This document shows positions 8,143 through 16,800 of a DNA stretch of 32,000 nt, piece after piece. The notes under the pieces were generated by a model. The model was not told the origin of the DNA. It worked only from the letters and a program-made list of their open reading frames with translations, and searched no databases. Position numbers and translations under genes: made by a program. Location of the stretch: positions 1,030,444-1,062,443 of the forward strand of contig PQXB01000001.1 of assembly GCA_003194425.1 (NCBI GenBank), in the 5' to 3' direction. The DNA comes from Candidatus Methanophagaceae archaeon. GTDB taxonomy: Archaea > Halobacteriota > Syntropharchaeia > Alkanophagales > Methanospirareceae. Each line of letters begins with the position of its first letter. The stretch's first letter is position 1.

Positions 8143-8646
8143 ATGAAAGTGTTGGTGTACCCGCCGAACAGCCTGATTCTCTCGGATTTGGTGGAGAGAA
8201 GCGGGCACAAGGCGGTTGTCTTGATGAAGGAAATTGGCGAGCACGTGCGGGACGCGGAAATTGACGCACCGCCGTTGAATGTCACGGAGAAGGACTTAAA
8301 GCGGGCGTTGAGGTACGTTTCAGTGGAGGAGCCTGCAGGGTTGAAGGGGCGAGTCGGACTGCTTGCACCGTTGTTGGAGCAGGCGGAGGCGGCGGTAATT
8401 CTGAGCGACGCTCCGCCCACTTTTGGCTGCATGGGCTGTGCCGTCGCAGACGAGTTCTTCAAGTTTCTGATTCGGAAGCGAGGGATTCCGACGTTGGAAG
8501 TGCGGTACAAAAACAAATGCGGGGAAGGAGAGGGCGAGCGGTTTGAAGAGTCGGTTGCAGAAATTATGGCGTTCTTGGAGCGGTTGCCGAGGGACGAGAA
8601 AGAAGGCAATGAAAGAGAAGGTAAGGACGAAAAAGGCGAAGAATAA
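8143..8646 (+). CDS. Methanogenesis marker protein 5 (putative)
   Basis: The N-terminus MKVLVYPPNSLILSDLVERSGHK matches my recollection of the Mmp5 (TIGR03271) N-terminus. The gene is immediately followed by an Mmp15-like gene. It has a charged C-terminal tail. Confidence 0.55.
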   Translation: MKVLVYPPNSLILSDLVERSGHKAVVLMKEIGEHVRDAEIDAPPLNVTEKDLKRALRYVSVEEPAGLKGRVGLLAPLLEQAEAAVILSDAPPTFGCMGCAVADEFFKFLIRKRGIPTLEVRYKNKCGEGEGERFEESVAEIMAFLERLPRDEKEGNEREGKDEKGEE

Positions 8647-8648
8647 AA

Positions 8649-9902
8649 ATGGTAAAAGTTGCGCAGATTTCGTGCGGCACTGAGTACAGCGGAATTCAAT
8701 GGTTGTTTAACGAAGTGGCAGCGAGGGTCGGCATCGAGCTGGTTTATCCGGAGATGGAGTTGTCGAAGGTGAAGGAGGCGTGTAGAGAGGTTGGTTTAGA
8801 GGTTGAGAGCCCGTCGCTGAATATGATGATTGCGAGGGCGGTCTCGATGCTGGACGACCCGACGGTAAAGGGCGCTCTTCTCCTCACCTGCTTCAAGTGT
8901 GCGGAGGGCACGATTGTGAAGGACACGGTGCGGCGGTTTCTGCAGGAGCGGACGGACTTGCCAATTATTTCGTACTCAAATGTCGAGAAGCCGAAGGAGA
9001 AAGAGATTTACTCGCGGTTAGAGGCGTTGCAGACGCTGATTTCACGGAAGTCGCTCCTGATGCGGGAGAAGCAGGAGGGGACGACGGTCGGCGTTGACTC
9101 CGGCTCTTCAACGACGAAGGCGGTGGTGATGCGGGACGACGAAATCGTGGGGCGAGGGTGGCTGCCGACGACTGACCCACTAAAAAGTGCGGACGCGGCG
9201 GTGCAGGCAGCGTTGAAAGAAGCAGGGATTTCAGTTTCAAATGCAAAGAGTGAGGTAGAAGCGGTTGGCGTGACCGGGCACGGTCGGGAACTCGTGGGCG
9301 AGCACTTAAACGCGGACTTGAGTCTGGAGGAGGTGAGCGTGGTCTCAAAAGGTGCGGCTCTTCTCTCGGGACGGCACAAGGGCGACGCAACCGTGATCGA
9401 CATCGGCGGAATGAACAACAAACTGATTTTAATGCGGGACGGAATTGCGAACACTTTTAATCTCGGCGGAATCTGCGGCGGCTCGTCTGGCAGGTTCCTG
9501 GAAGTGACTTCGCACAGGCTGGATGTAGACATTTCAGAATTGGGGAAGCTCGCGATGAAGTCAGAGTCGGAGGGGAGGGCGAAAAAAGGAAAAGGCGAAA
9601 AATTTGAGCTGCAGAGCTACTGTATGGTTTTTGGCATTCAGAGCCTCGTCGTTGCTCTTGCCAGCGGCGTGAAGCGTGAAGATGTAGCGGCGGCGGCTTG
9701 CAGGTCGGTTGCCGAGCAGGTCTACGAGAACCAGATTCAAGAGATGGAAATCCGACCTCCTGTTATTTTCGTCGGCGGCGTCTCGCTTGTGGAAGGAGTG
9801 AAGCGGGAGTTTGAGGACCTGCTCGGCGTTGAAATCCTTGTTCCTCCGAATTCGCAGCACGCAGGCGCGGTTGGCATCGCTACGATCGTCTCGGGGGTTT
9901 GA
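8649..9902 (+). CDS. Methanogenesis marker protein 15 (putative; BadF/BcrA/HgdC-type ATPase domain)
   Basis: 417 aa. An N-terminal approximately 140-aa domain (KVAQISCGTEYSGIQ) is followed by an acetate/sugar-kinase-fold ATPase with motifs VGVDSGSSTTKAVVM and IDIGG. Size and architecture fit TIGR03286. Confidence 0.6.
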   Translation: MVKVAQISCGTEYSGIQWLFNEVAARVGIELVYPEMELSKVKEACREVGLEVESPSLNMMIARAVSMLDDPTVKGALLLTCFKCAEGTIVKDTVRRFLQERTDLPIISYSNVEKPKEKEIYSRLEALQTLISRKSLLMREKQEGTTVGVDSGSSTTKAVVMRDDEIVGRGWLPTTDPLKSADAAVQAALKEAGISVSNAKSEVEAVGVTGHGRELVGEHLNADLSLEEVSVVSKGAALLSGRHKGDATVIDIGGMNNKLILMRDGIANTFNLGGICGGSSGRFLEVTSHRLDVDISELGKLAMKSESEGRAKKGKGEKFELQSYCMVFGIQSLVVALASGVKREDVAAAACRSVAEQVYENQIQEMEIRPPVIFVGGVSLVEGVKREFEDLLGVEILVPPNSQHAGAVGIATIVSGV

Positions 9903-10007
9903 GCAGTGTTTTCTGAAATCTCTCCTGGTTGCACCTCCTCCTTCTTTGAAAAGTTTTTCTTACGAGCCGAGAGATTCTTTGCCGCATTGTAGTTTTTTTC
10001 CACTCCT

Positions 10008-10074
10008 ATTTTTTCGTAGGATTTTTTCGTAGGTAGATCAAAAAACTATTTTTTCGTAGGTAGATCAAAAAACT
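10008..10074. repeat. 27-bp x2 tandem repeat plus a 13-bp partial copy in a convergent intergenic region; each unit carries T6 and A6 runs
   Basis: ATTTTTTCGTAGG occurs at 10008-10020. ATTTTTTCGTAGGTAGATCAAAAAACT occurs at 10021-10047 and again at 10048-10074. Confidence 0.9.
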
Positions 10075-10169
10075 GTATACAAGCAGTGCACTCTCGATAA
10101 AGTCAGAAAAGAACCCACTGTTAGAGCAGGAATATTTGGATAAAATAGATGAATTCAGGAGGCAGGGAT

Positions 10170-10925
10170 TTAGGATTTGGAAGAAATCGCAAATCGTAAT
10201 TTTATGATTTTGTAGAACATCGTGAGCCCGTCCTTAAGAGAATTTACTTTTGTCCCTGCTCCTCCTTTGTCCTCCCACCGCACTGGGATTTCTTTTATTT
10301 TGTAGCCTCGCCGTTGCGCACGCACGAGCAGCTCGGTGTCCCAGAACCAGTGGTTGTCTTTTATTTCGTCCAAGAGCGACACCAAAGCGTCTCTTCGGAA
10401 GGACTTGAAACCGCACTGGTGGTCTCGTATTTTGGAGTTCAGGATTCTTCGCACCAGGAAATTGAAGACCCTGGTCATCGCTGCTCGCTTGAACGATCGC
10501 TTTACTTCGCTGTTTTTCAGCATTCTCGAGCCGGTTGCGAAATCGTAGCCTTCCCCGCCCTCCTTTTTTACAGCCCACAGCAGCGGCTTCAAGTGGCTCA
10601 TTTCTGTGGAGAGGTCTGCGTCGAGGTAAGCCAGAACCTCGCCTTTAGCGTGCTTGAAAGCGCGGTTGAGCGCCGTTCCCCGCCCCAGCCGTGCGTCGCT
10701 GTGCAGGTGCGTAACCGCAGGCACGAGGGCAGCAATTCTGCGGGCGGTTTCCGCGGTGCCGTCGGTGCTCCCGTCTTCGGCGATGATTATTTCAAAAGCA
10801 CCCGAACGGAGAAACTCCTCTAAAGCTCTCTTTGTCTCTTTTACCGCTTCTTCAACTCTTCCCGCCTCGTTGTGCGCGGGGAGCACGACCGAAAATTCTA
10901 CTTTCTTCGTCCTTTCTGCGTGCAT
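10170..10925 (-). CDS. Glycosyltransferase family 2 (dolichyl-phosphate hexose synthase-like)
   Basis: 251 aa with motifs FSVVLPAHNEAGRVEEAV, IIIAEDGSTDGT, LDADLS and a GT-A fold pattern. Confidence 0.75.
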   Translation of the reverse strand: MHAERTKKVEFSVVLPAHNEAGRVEEAVKETKRALEEFLRSGAFEIIIAEDGSTDGTAETARRIAALVPAVTHLHSDARLGRGTALNRAFKHAKGEVLAYLDADLSTEMSHLKPLLWAVKKEGGEGYDFATGSRMLKNSEVKRSFKRAAMTRVFNFLVRRILNSKIRDHQCGFKSFRRDALVSLLDEIKDNHWFWDTELLVRAQRRGYKIKEIPVRWEDKGGAGTKVNSLKDGLTMFYKIIKLRFAISSKS

Positions 10926-10974
10926 TTTCGTCTCTCGCCCTCTTTCACTAAAATTCAGTTTTAGGGATAAAAAG

Positions 10975-11012
10975 GGGAAGGGGGGCGAGTTGAGGGAAGG
11001 GGGGCGAGTTGA
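10975..11012. repeat. Perfect 19-bp x2 G-rich tandem duplication upstream of the fqo operon
   Basis: GGGAAGGGGGGCGAGTTGA occurs at 10975-10993 and again at 10994-11012. Confidence 0.9.
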
Positions 11013-11061
11013 GGGGAGGAGAGAAAAGAAAAAGCGAAAAAAGCGTGAAAAAATCGAAACT

Positions 11062-11071
11062 CTTTTTAAGA
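11062..11071 (+). promoter_or_regulatory. TATA-like box upstream of nuoJ
   Basis: CTTTTTAAGA lies about 27 nt upstream of the ATG at 11093, which suggests a short or absent leader. Confidence 0.3.
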
Positions 11072-11092
11072 GGCAGGTAGAAAAGTGGGTTT

Positions 11093-11581
11093 ATGAGTGT
11101 AGAAATGTTGCTCTTGTTGGCGCTGGCGGGGGCTGCTGCTCTCTCAACTTTGGGCGTCCTGCTCAGCAGGGACAACTTTTATTCTGCAGTTTTTATGTCG
11201 CTGACGCTGGTTTCGGTCGCCACGATTTACGCTTTCTTCTCTCTCCTGCCTGTCTTTGTCTTGATTGTGTTCGTTTTTGTCGGCGCGATTGGGATCGTAA
11301 CAGTAGCGTTGGCAGCGACTTACAGGACGACGGCTGCACCCGAATTCCAATTCTCGCTCTTGTGGGCGGTTCCTGTGGTTGCGACCGCTGCGATTTTGGG
11401 CTACTCAATTTATTCTTACGCGACTGCCGTGCCCGCCGTCACGGCGGTCTCAATTCACTCAATTTCGTTCAGCGTTGAGAATTTCGTGACGAGCGAGTAC
11501 ACGCTGCTCTTCTTGTTTCTTACTTCGCTTGTCGTGTTGCTGCTGCTCTCGGTGCTAAATATTTATAAGGAGGAGGGCTAA
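11093..11581 (+). CDS. nuoJ: F420H2 dehydrogenase / NADH-quinone oxidoreductase subunit J
   Basis: 162-aa polytopic membrane protein with a FVFVGAIGIV motif (compare the YxGA motif of NuoJ). Its position directly before nuoK supports the call. Confidence 0.6.
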   Translation: MSVEMLLLLALAGAAALSTLGVLLSRDNFYSAVFMSLTLVSVATIYAFFSLLPVFVLIVFVFVGAIGIVTVALAATYRTTAAPEFQFSLLWAVPVVATAAILGYSIYSYATAVPAVTAVSIHSISFSVENFVTSEYTLLFLFLTSLVVLLLLSVLNIYKEEG

Positions 11582-11592
11582 CAAGAGATAAA

Positions 11593-11925
11593 ATGCCTGC
11601 GATGAACCTGGACCTGACGACCGTGTCAATAATTTACGCAACCGCGCTCGCAATTCTGCTTGCAGGCTACTTCACTGCGATTTCGTGTAAAGACCTGATC
11701 AGGCTGCTAATTGCGTTAGAACTGATGTTTGGGGGGGTTTTTATGGCGTTGATTCCGCTCTTCTCGGTCGCAGCGCTCGCCAGTCCCGCCTTCGCGGCCG
11801 CGATAATTACGATCTTCACGAGTGGCGGCGAACTCTTAATTCTCATCGCCGCGATCGTGATTCAAGACCGCAGGAAGAAGAACATCTTCGTAAGCGGGAT
11901 TAAAGCCGGAGGTGAGAGGTTGTAA
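11593..11925 (+). CDS. nuoK: F420H2 dehydrogenase / NADH-quinone oxidoreductase subunit K
   Basis: 110 aa with 3 TM helices. The motifs LLIALELMFGGVF and TSGGELLILIAAIV resemble NuoK. Confidence 0.7.
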   Translation: MPAMNLDLTTVSIIYATALAILLAGYFTAISCKDLIRLLIALELMFGGVFMALIPLFSVAALASPAFAAAIITIFTSGGELLILIAAIVIQDRRKKNIFVSGIKAGGERL

Positions 11926-11926
11926 A

Positions 11927-13441
11927 ATGGACACGCTCTCGAATCTGCTCTTTCTCTGCCTGCTCTTGCCGTTAGTCGTGGCGTTTGTAGCGCCGCTTTT
12001 CTCGCCCAAGCGAGCCACCTACCTCTCTTTTCTCGCTTTTATTCTGCCGTTCTTCGCGATAATTTACAGCGTCTTCAAGGTCGCGCCGTTTGAAATCCCA
12101 TTAACGACCTTCTCACCGCCAATTGGCGAATTTTATCTTCATTTTGACTTTATTTCTTACGCGTTTGGGCTCACGATTTGCATTGTCTCTGCGATGATCG
12201 CGCTCTTCGCACTGCCTTATATGAAGCACAGGTTTGAAGAAATGGGTCGAGAGGTGGAGAGCGAGTTCAGGAAATACATATTTTTATACGACCTCTACGC
12301 GGCGTCGATGCTGTGGCTCGTCTTCAGCGGGAACTTCGTGCTGCTTTATGTTTTCCTTGAAATCACGCTAATTACCGCGTTCCTACTTATTTACACCTAC
12401 GGCTACGGAAACAGAAAGTGGGTGGGAATGCTCTACTTAATTTGGTGCGCAGTTGCAGGCGTTCTGACTTTGGCGGGGATTGTTCTGGTCGCGTTTGAGA
12501 ACGACACACTTGCCCTAAATGTTTTAATGGCGGGCGGAAAGGTGAGCACGCTCGCGTGGGCGTTTATTTTTGCGGGGATGATAATTGAGCTTCCTGTTCT
12601 GGGTCCTCATATTTGGTTGCCGTGGGCGCACGCCGAAGCGCCGACGCCCGTGAGTGCGTTGCTAAGCCCGCTGACTGTGGGGTTGGCGGGCTACGTGCTG
12701 CTGCGGACTGCACTCATTGACTACTCTTTCATCGAGACTTACCGAATTCCAATTCTCGCCTACGCGATATTTTCAAGCATTTACGGCGGTTTCTCGGTCT
12801 TCAAGCAGACCGACTTCAAGCGACTGCTCGCCTACTCAACGGTCTCGCAAATGGGCTACATTTTGGTCGCACTCTGCCTCGGTCCCTTCGGTCTCATTGG
12901 GCTGGTAATCCAATATATGTCGCACGCGTTCGGCAAGTCAATTTTGTTTTCGAGTGCGGGCGGAATAATCGCAGTTCACCACGGCTTGCGGGACATCAAC
13001 AAAATGGGCGGGCTGCACGACTCTATTCCTGCGATTTCGAACGCCGCGGTGCTCGGTTTCCTGAACCTCGGTGGAATGCTGACGGTCGGAATGCTCGGCG
13101 AATTTTTCATTCTGCGTGGCGTCGTTGAGACTTTTGGTGTTACAAAAAGCAGTTTAGGAATTATTTTGGCGGTGATTTTTATGTTTATTCTTTCGGTTTG
13201 GTACGGGTTTTACACGATTCGGAAGGTCTTTTACGGCAAGCCGAGAAGCACGAAGCGGCTGGAAATCAGCAGGTACCTTTACGTGCCACTCTACATAATC
13301 GGGATTGTCTCGGTGCTGTTGCTCTTCCCTCCGCTGTCAACGGTGCTAATTCAAGGACTTAATTTGATTTCGGGCTTGGGTTTAGGCGGTTTAGGAGTTG
13401 GAGGGGTAGGAGTTGGAGGGGTAGGAGGTGTGGTGCCGTGA
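11927..13441 (+). CDS. nuoM: F420H2 dehydrogenase / NADH-quinone oxidoreductase subunit M (antiporter-like)
   Basis: The motifs HIWLPWAHAEAPTPVSALLSPLTVGLAGY and LLAYSTVSQMGY are seen. A GGAGGTGA SD lies upstream of the ATG at 11927. Confidence 0.75.
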   Translation: MDTLSNLLFLCLLLPLVVAFVAPLFSPKRATYLSFLAFILPFFAIIYSVFKVAPFEIPLTTFSPPIGEFYLHFDFISYAFGLTICIVSAMIALFALPYMKHRFEEMGREVESEFRKYIFLYDLYAASMLWLVFSGNFVLLYVFLEITLITAFLLIYTYGYGNRKWVGMLYLIWCAVAGVLTLAGIVLVAFENDTLALNVLMAGGKVSTLAWAFIFAGMIIELPVLGPHIWLPWAHAEAPTPVSALLSPLTVGLAGYVLLRTALIDYSFIETYRIPILAYAIFSSIYGGFSVFKQTDFKRLLAYSTVSQMGYILVALCLGPFGLIGLVIQYMSHAFGKSILFSSAGGIIAVHHGLRDINKMGGLHDSIPAISNAAVLGFLNLGGMLTVGMLGEFFILRGVVETFGVTKSSLGIILAVIFMFILSVWYGFYTIRKVFYGKPRSTKRLEISRYLYVPLYIIGIVSVLLLFPPLSTVLIQGLNLISGLGLGGLGVGGVGVGGVGGVVP

Positions 13442-15411
13442 TTGAGATTGACGCGTGGGTTGTTTTTTTACTGCTTTTCCTGACGCCGGTTGTCAGTAGC
13501 GTTCCGATTGCGTTGGCGTACAAGAGCAAGGGTTGGACAGAGAAGCTGCCGGTTCTTTCGGTGCTCGGCATCGGCGTCTCGGTCTTGGCGAGCCTTTACA
13601 TCTTTTTCACCTTCCCGCAAGAGTTGCCAGAATGCCAATTTTCATACAATTGGATTCCCGACCTCGGCATAAACATCGTCCTAATAACCGACTACTTGTC
13701 GCGGTTTATGGGCGTCGTGACCGCGGTCATCGCGTTTTTCATTGCGATTTACGGCTTGGATTATATGAAAGGCGACTACCGTCCCTCGTGGTACTGGTTC
13801 TTCTTCAACCTCTTCACCGCCTCGATGCTGCTCGTCGTTTACAGCGACAACCTGTTCCTGCTCTTCGTGGGCTGGGAGGGGCTCGGAGCGGCGTCGTGGG
13901 GTTTAATTGGACACTGGTTCCGGGACGACGACGACATTGCGTACGTGGGCAAGGCGGGGCGGAAGGTAGGACCGTTGGAGCTGAGTTGGCCGCCGAGCTT
14001 TGGCGGGTGGCGTGCAATCTCGACGATTCGGTTCGGTGATGTCCCGATGTTCTTCGCAATCGCTGCGATTTGGGTGCTGGCAGGCGGGAATCTCAACATC
14101 TCGCAGATTGACTGGGAATCGCTGTTCTTGGGAATTGGCACAGCAGGAACGATAATTTTGATGCTCTGTCTCTTGATGGGACTGTTCACGAAGTCGGCGC
14201 AGGTTCCGTTCTCCGAGTGGCTGATGACCGCGATGACAGGTCCCACGACTGTTAGTGCACTCCTGCACTCGGCAACGATGGTAGCCGCGGGTGCTTTTGT
14301 CTTCATCAAACTCACCTGGTACATTGAACCCTGGCACTTGCGTGGCGTTCCTGGGCTTGAGGGGGTTGAATATGTTTATCTTTTTGTCCTCTTCGTCGGT
14401 TTGATTTCAGGCTTGTACGGGGCGCTGGTAGGGTCAGGAATGCTTGAGCGCAAGGTTCTGCTTGCAGCCTCCACGATGTCGAGCATTGGCTTGATGTTCG
14501 CTGCTGCGGCTGCTTCTTTATGGGTCGGGCATTTCGCCGTGCTCGTCGCGTTCTGGTATATGGCAGTGCACGCGTTTGCGAAGGCGAGCCTTTTCCTCGT
14601 GGCAGGGCATTTGATTCACGCAACGCACAGCCGTTTCTCGTGTGGCGGTCTCGAGTTTGCGAAGCGGATGAAACCTGCTCTCGTCGTTACCGTCGTCGCT
14701 ACGACCTTCCTTGTAGGAATGCCGCCGCTCACTGCTTACTGGGTAAAGTCAGGAATGGACGAAGTGATGGAGCACCTGCTTCACGACTACCACATGGTTT
14801 TGCCACTTCTCCTTCTAATTCTAACTTCGCTGGTCTATTCTGCGGTTATGGCGAGGTTCCTCAGCCTGAACTTCATAAAAGGCGAGAAGCCGGAACACGA
14901 GCATTTAGAGGGCGGCGGGCTGATGAAACTCGGCTACTCTCTGATGGTTTCAGTTCTCCTTGTTCTTCTCTTCCTTATTTTCACGAGCAAGGAGACTGCA
15001 GAATTTGTCGAGGCTGGACTCGCTCCTGTCTCGTTTGTAGTGGGTTTAGGGGCGCTTGGTGCTTATTTGGTGGCGGCGAAAGTGCCGAGACTAAAAGCCC
15101 TTTCCAAAGTCCCCGGGACATTCTTCAGCGACCGAATGTACCTGCCGTTCCTGAACGACTACATTCTGCCGAAGATCGGCTTCTTCGCGGCTCACTTCGT
15201 TCAGAACTACGGAAACCGCGGCATCGACGGGTTCTTCAACACGAAGGTTGTGCCGGGGCTGTTTAGAGGGATTTCGAAGGGAATTCGGGCAGTACAAACA
15301 GGCTACCTTAAAACTTATGTTAAGATTGTGCTGGGCTTCGTGATGCTGTTCTTAATATTTGCTTCGTTAGGTTTAGGTGTGGGATTAGGATTAGGAGGTG
15401 CGGGACTGTGA
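13438..15411 (+). CDS. nuoL: F420H2 dehydrogenase / NADH-quinone oxidoreductase subunit L (antiporter-like)
   Basis: 657 aa with motifs LFLLFVGWEGLGAASWGLIGHW and PFSEWLMTAMTGPTTVSALLHSATMVAAG. A GTGA overlap joins it to the nuoM stop. Confidence 0.8.
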   Translation: MIEIDAWVVFLLLFLTPVVSSVPIALAYKSKGWTEKLPVLSVLGIGVSVLASLYIFFTFPQELPECQFSYNWIPDLGINIVLITDYLSRFMGVVTAVIAFFIAIYGLDYMKGDYRPSWYWFFFNLFTASMLLVVYSDNLFLLFVGWEGLGAASWGLIGHWFRDDDDIAYVGKAGRKVGPLELSWPPSFGGWRAISTIRFGDVPMFFAIAAIWVLAGGNLNISQIDWESLFLGIGTAGTIILMLCLLMGLFTKSAQVPFSEWLMTAMTGPTTVSALLHSATMVAAGAFVFIKLTWYIEPWHLRGVPGLEGVEYVYLFVLFVGLISGLYGALVGSGMLERKVLLAASTMSSIGLMFAAAAASLWVGHFAVLVAFWYMAVHAFAKASLFLVAGHLIHATHSRFSCGGLEFAKRMKPALVVTVVATTFLVGMPPLTAYWVKSGMDEVMEHLLHDYHMVLPLLLLILTSLVYSAVMARFLSLNFIKGEKPEHEHLEGGGLMKLGYSLMVSVLLVLLFLIFTSKETAEFVEAGLAPVSFVVGLGALGAYLVAAKVPRLKALSKVPGTFFSDRMYLPFLNDYILPKIGFFAAHFVQNYGNRGIDGFFNTKVVPGLFRGISKGIRAVQTGYLKTYVKIVLGFVMLFLIFASLGLGVGLGLGGAGL

Positions 15412-16799
15412 CAGATTTAACGATGTTTACAGTGGCTTTGGTGGTTTTAACGCTCGGAGCGGTCTTCTCTTTCAAGTTCCGTCCGCTTGGACTTGTAGGT
15501 GCGGTAGTCGCTCTTCTGCTTGGGCTTTATGCTTGTAGCTCGTTCCACTACGGCGTCTTCATCTTCGCAATCGGTCTCGTCAACCTGCTCTCACTCGGTG
15601 CGTTGGACAGCAGAATTAAGGGCGTGGACTACGGCTTGGTGGGTTTGATGGCTCTCGTGACAATGTATATTTTTAACACCTCCGATTTTGCTTTGGTTCT
15701 CGCAGCACTCGTGCTCGTCTCGGTTCCCACTTACATTTTGGTTATGCTTCGGGACGTCGAGGGAAACGGCGAGGGAAAGGGTGAAGGAGTGAGAAAGGGT
15801 GAAGGAGTGAGAAAGGGTGAAGGAGTGCGAGGGGAGGGAGGAGCAAACGTGGAAGTGGGCATTAAATACATCACTTTTATGGTCCTCGCGACCGTTCTCT
15901 TCTTAATCGGCGCGGTCATCTTGGCATACACGAAGAGCGCATTTGACGGATTCCTTTACGTGCTTGGCTACGTGCTGCTTGTTTTGGGCTTGTGCATTGA
16001 AGTGGGCGTCGCGCCAATGCACGAGTGGGTGCCGGATGTTTTCGCAGCCGCAGACCCGATTCCAATCTCAATTATCGCCTCGCTTGCCAAAATCGTTCCT
16101 TTCGTCGCTGCGTTGTTTATTCTAATTTACACTGCCTGCCCGCTGACCGCGTCGGTAAGCATCTTCACTGCAGTGCTTGCGGCTGTCTCGATGTTCACGG
16201 GCAACATCGGAGCGTTGACCTCAAAAGAGCCTGCGAGAGTTCTTGGTTACTCCACTGTTGCGAATATGGGCTATGTTTTGGCGTGTCTCGTCGTGGCGGC
16301 AAAACCCGAGTTCTTCTACTTCGCACTGACCGGCGGGTTAATTCTGTTGTTTGCGAACGCCGCGGGTAAAATCGGGTTCTTCAATGCGATAAAAGGAGGC
16401 GGGGCTTACTCTCCGCTTGTTTATTTGCTCGCCTTCTCGTTCATCGGCGTTCCGCCGTTGATGGGCTTCTGGGGCAAACTATTTATTCTCTTGTCGCTTG
16501 CGGAAATGCAGTACTACTGGCTAATCGGCGTTCTTGTCGTGAATTCCGCAATCTCGATTCCTTATTACATCAGGCTCGCAGGCGAACTCGGCTCGGCGAC
16601 AGGCTGGGAAACCAACCTCACTAACATCGTTTGCGTTGCGGTGGTCGTTTTGACTTTTGTTACAGTCTTTTTTGTGCCTGTAGAGTGGTTCTTTGCGAAT
16701 ATGCAGGCTGTTGCAGAGACGATTGGAATCGGCGCAGGAGTTGTAGGAGTAGGTGTGGGAGTAAGTGAAGGAGTAGTTGTGGGAGGAGGGGGAATTTAA
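15408..16799 (+). CDS. nuoN: F420H2 dehydrogenase / NADH-quinone oxidoreductase subunit N (antiporter-like)
   Basis: 463 aa with motifs VGVAPMHEWVPDVFAAADPIPISII and VLGYSTVANMGY. A GTGA overlap joins it to the nuoL stop. Confidence 0.75.
   Translation: MTDLTMFTVALVVLTLGAVFSFKFRPLGLVGAVVALLLGLYACSSFHYGVFIFAIGLVNLLSLGALDSRIKGVDYGLVGLMALVTMYIFNTSDFALVLAALVLVSVPTYILVMLRDVEGNGEGKGEGVRKGEGVRKGEGVRGEGGANVEVGIKYITFMVLATVLFLIGAVILAYTKSAFDGFLYVLGYVLLVLGLCIEVGVAPMHEWVPDVFAAADPIPISIIASLAKIVPFVAALFILIYTACPLTASVSIFTAVLAAVSMFTGNIGALTSKEPARVLGYSTVANMGYVLACLVVAAKPEFFYFALTGGLILLFANAAGKIGFFNAIKGGGAYSPLVYLLAFSFIGVPPLMGFWGKLFILLSLAEMQYYWLIGVLVVNSAISIPYYIRLAGELGSATGWETNLTNIVCVAVVVLTFVTVFFVPVEWFFANMQAVAETIGIGAGVVGVGVGVSEGVVVGGGGI
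15779..15832 (+). repeat. 18-bp x3 in-frame tandem repeat inside nuoN
   Basis: GGGTGAAGGAGTGAGAAA occurs twice perfectly (15779-15814) and is followed by a diverged third copy. It encodes GEGVRKGEGVRKGEGVRG. Confidence 0.9.
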
Positions 16800-16800
16800 A

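Noticed and set aside
10654-11478. 274-aa plus-strand ORF spanning the GT2 gene (antisense), the intergenic repeat and nuoJ (out of frame)
   Set aside because: It crosses a promoter and repeat region and overlaps two better-supported genes. It has no motif content.
13533-15266. Alternative-frame ORFs inside nuoL (13533-14039 and 14520-15266, plus strand)
   Set aside because: They are R/G/P-rich frame-shifted shadows of the strongly supported NuoL frame, and they have no independent start context.
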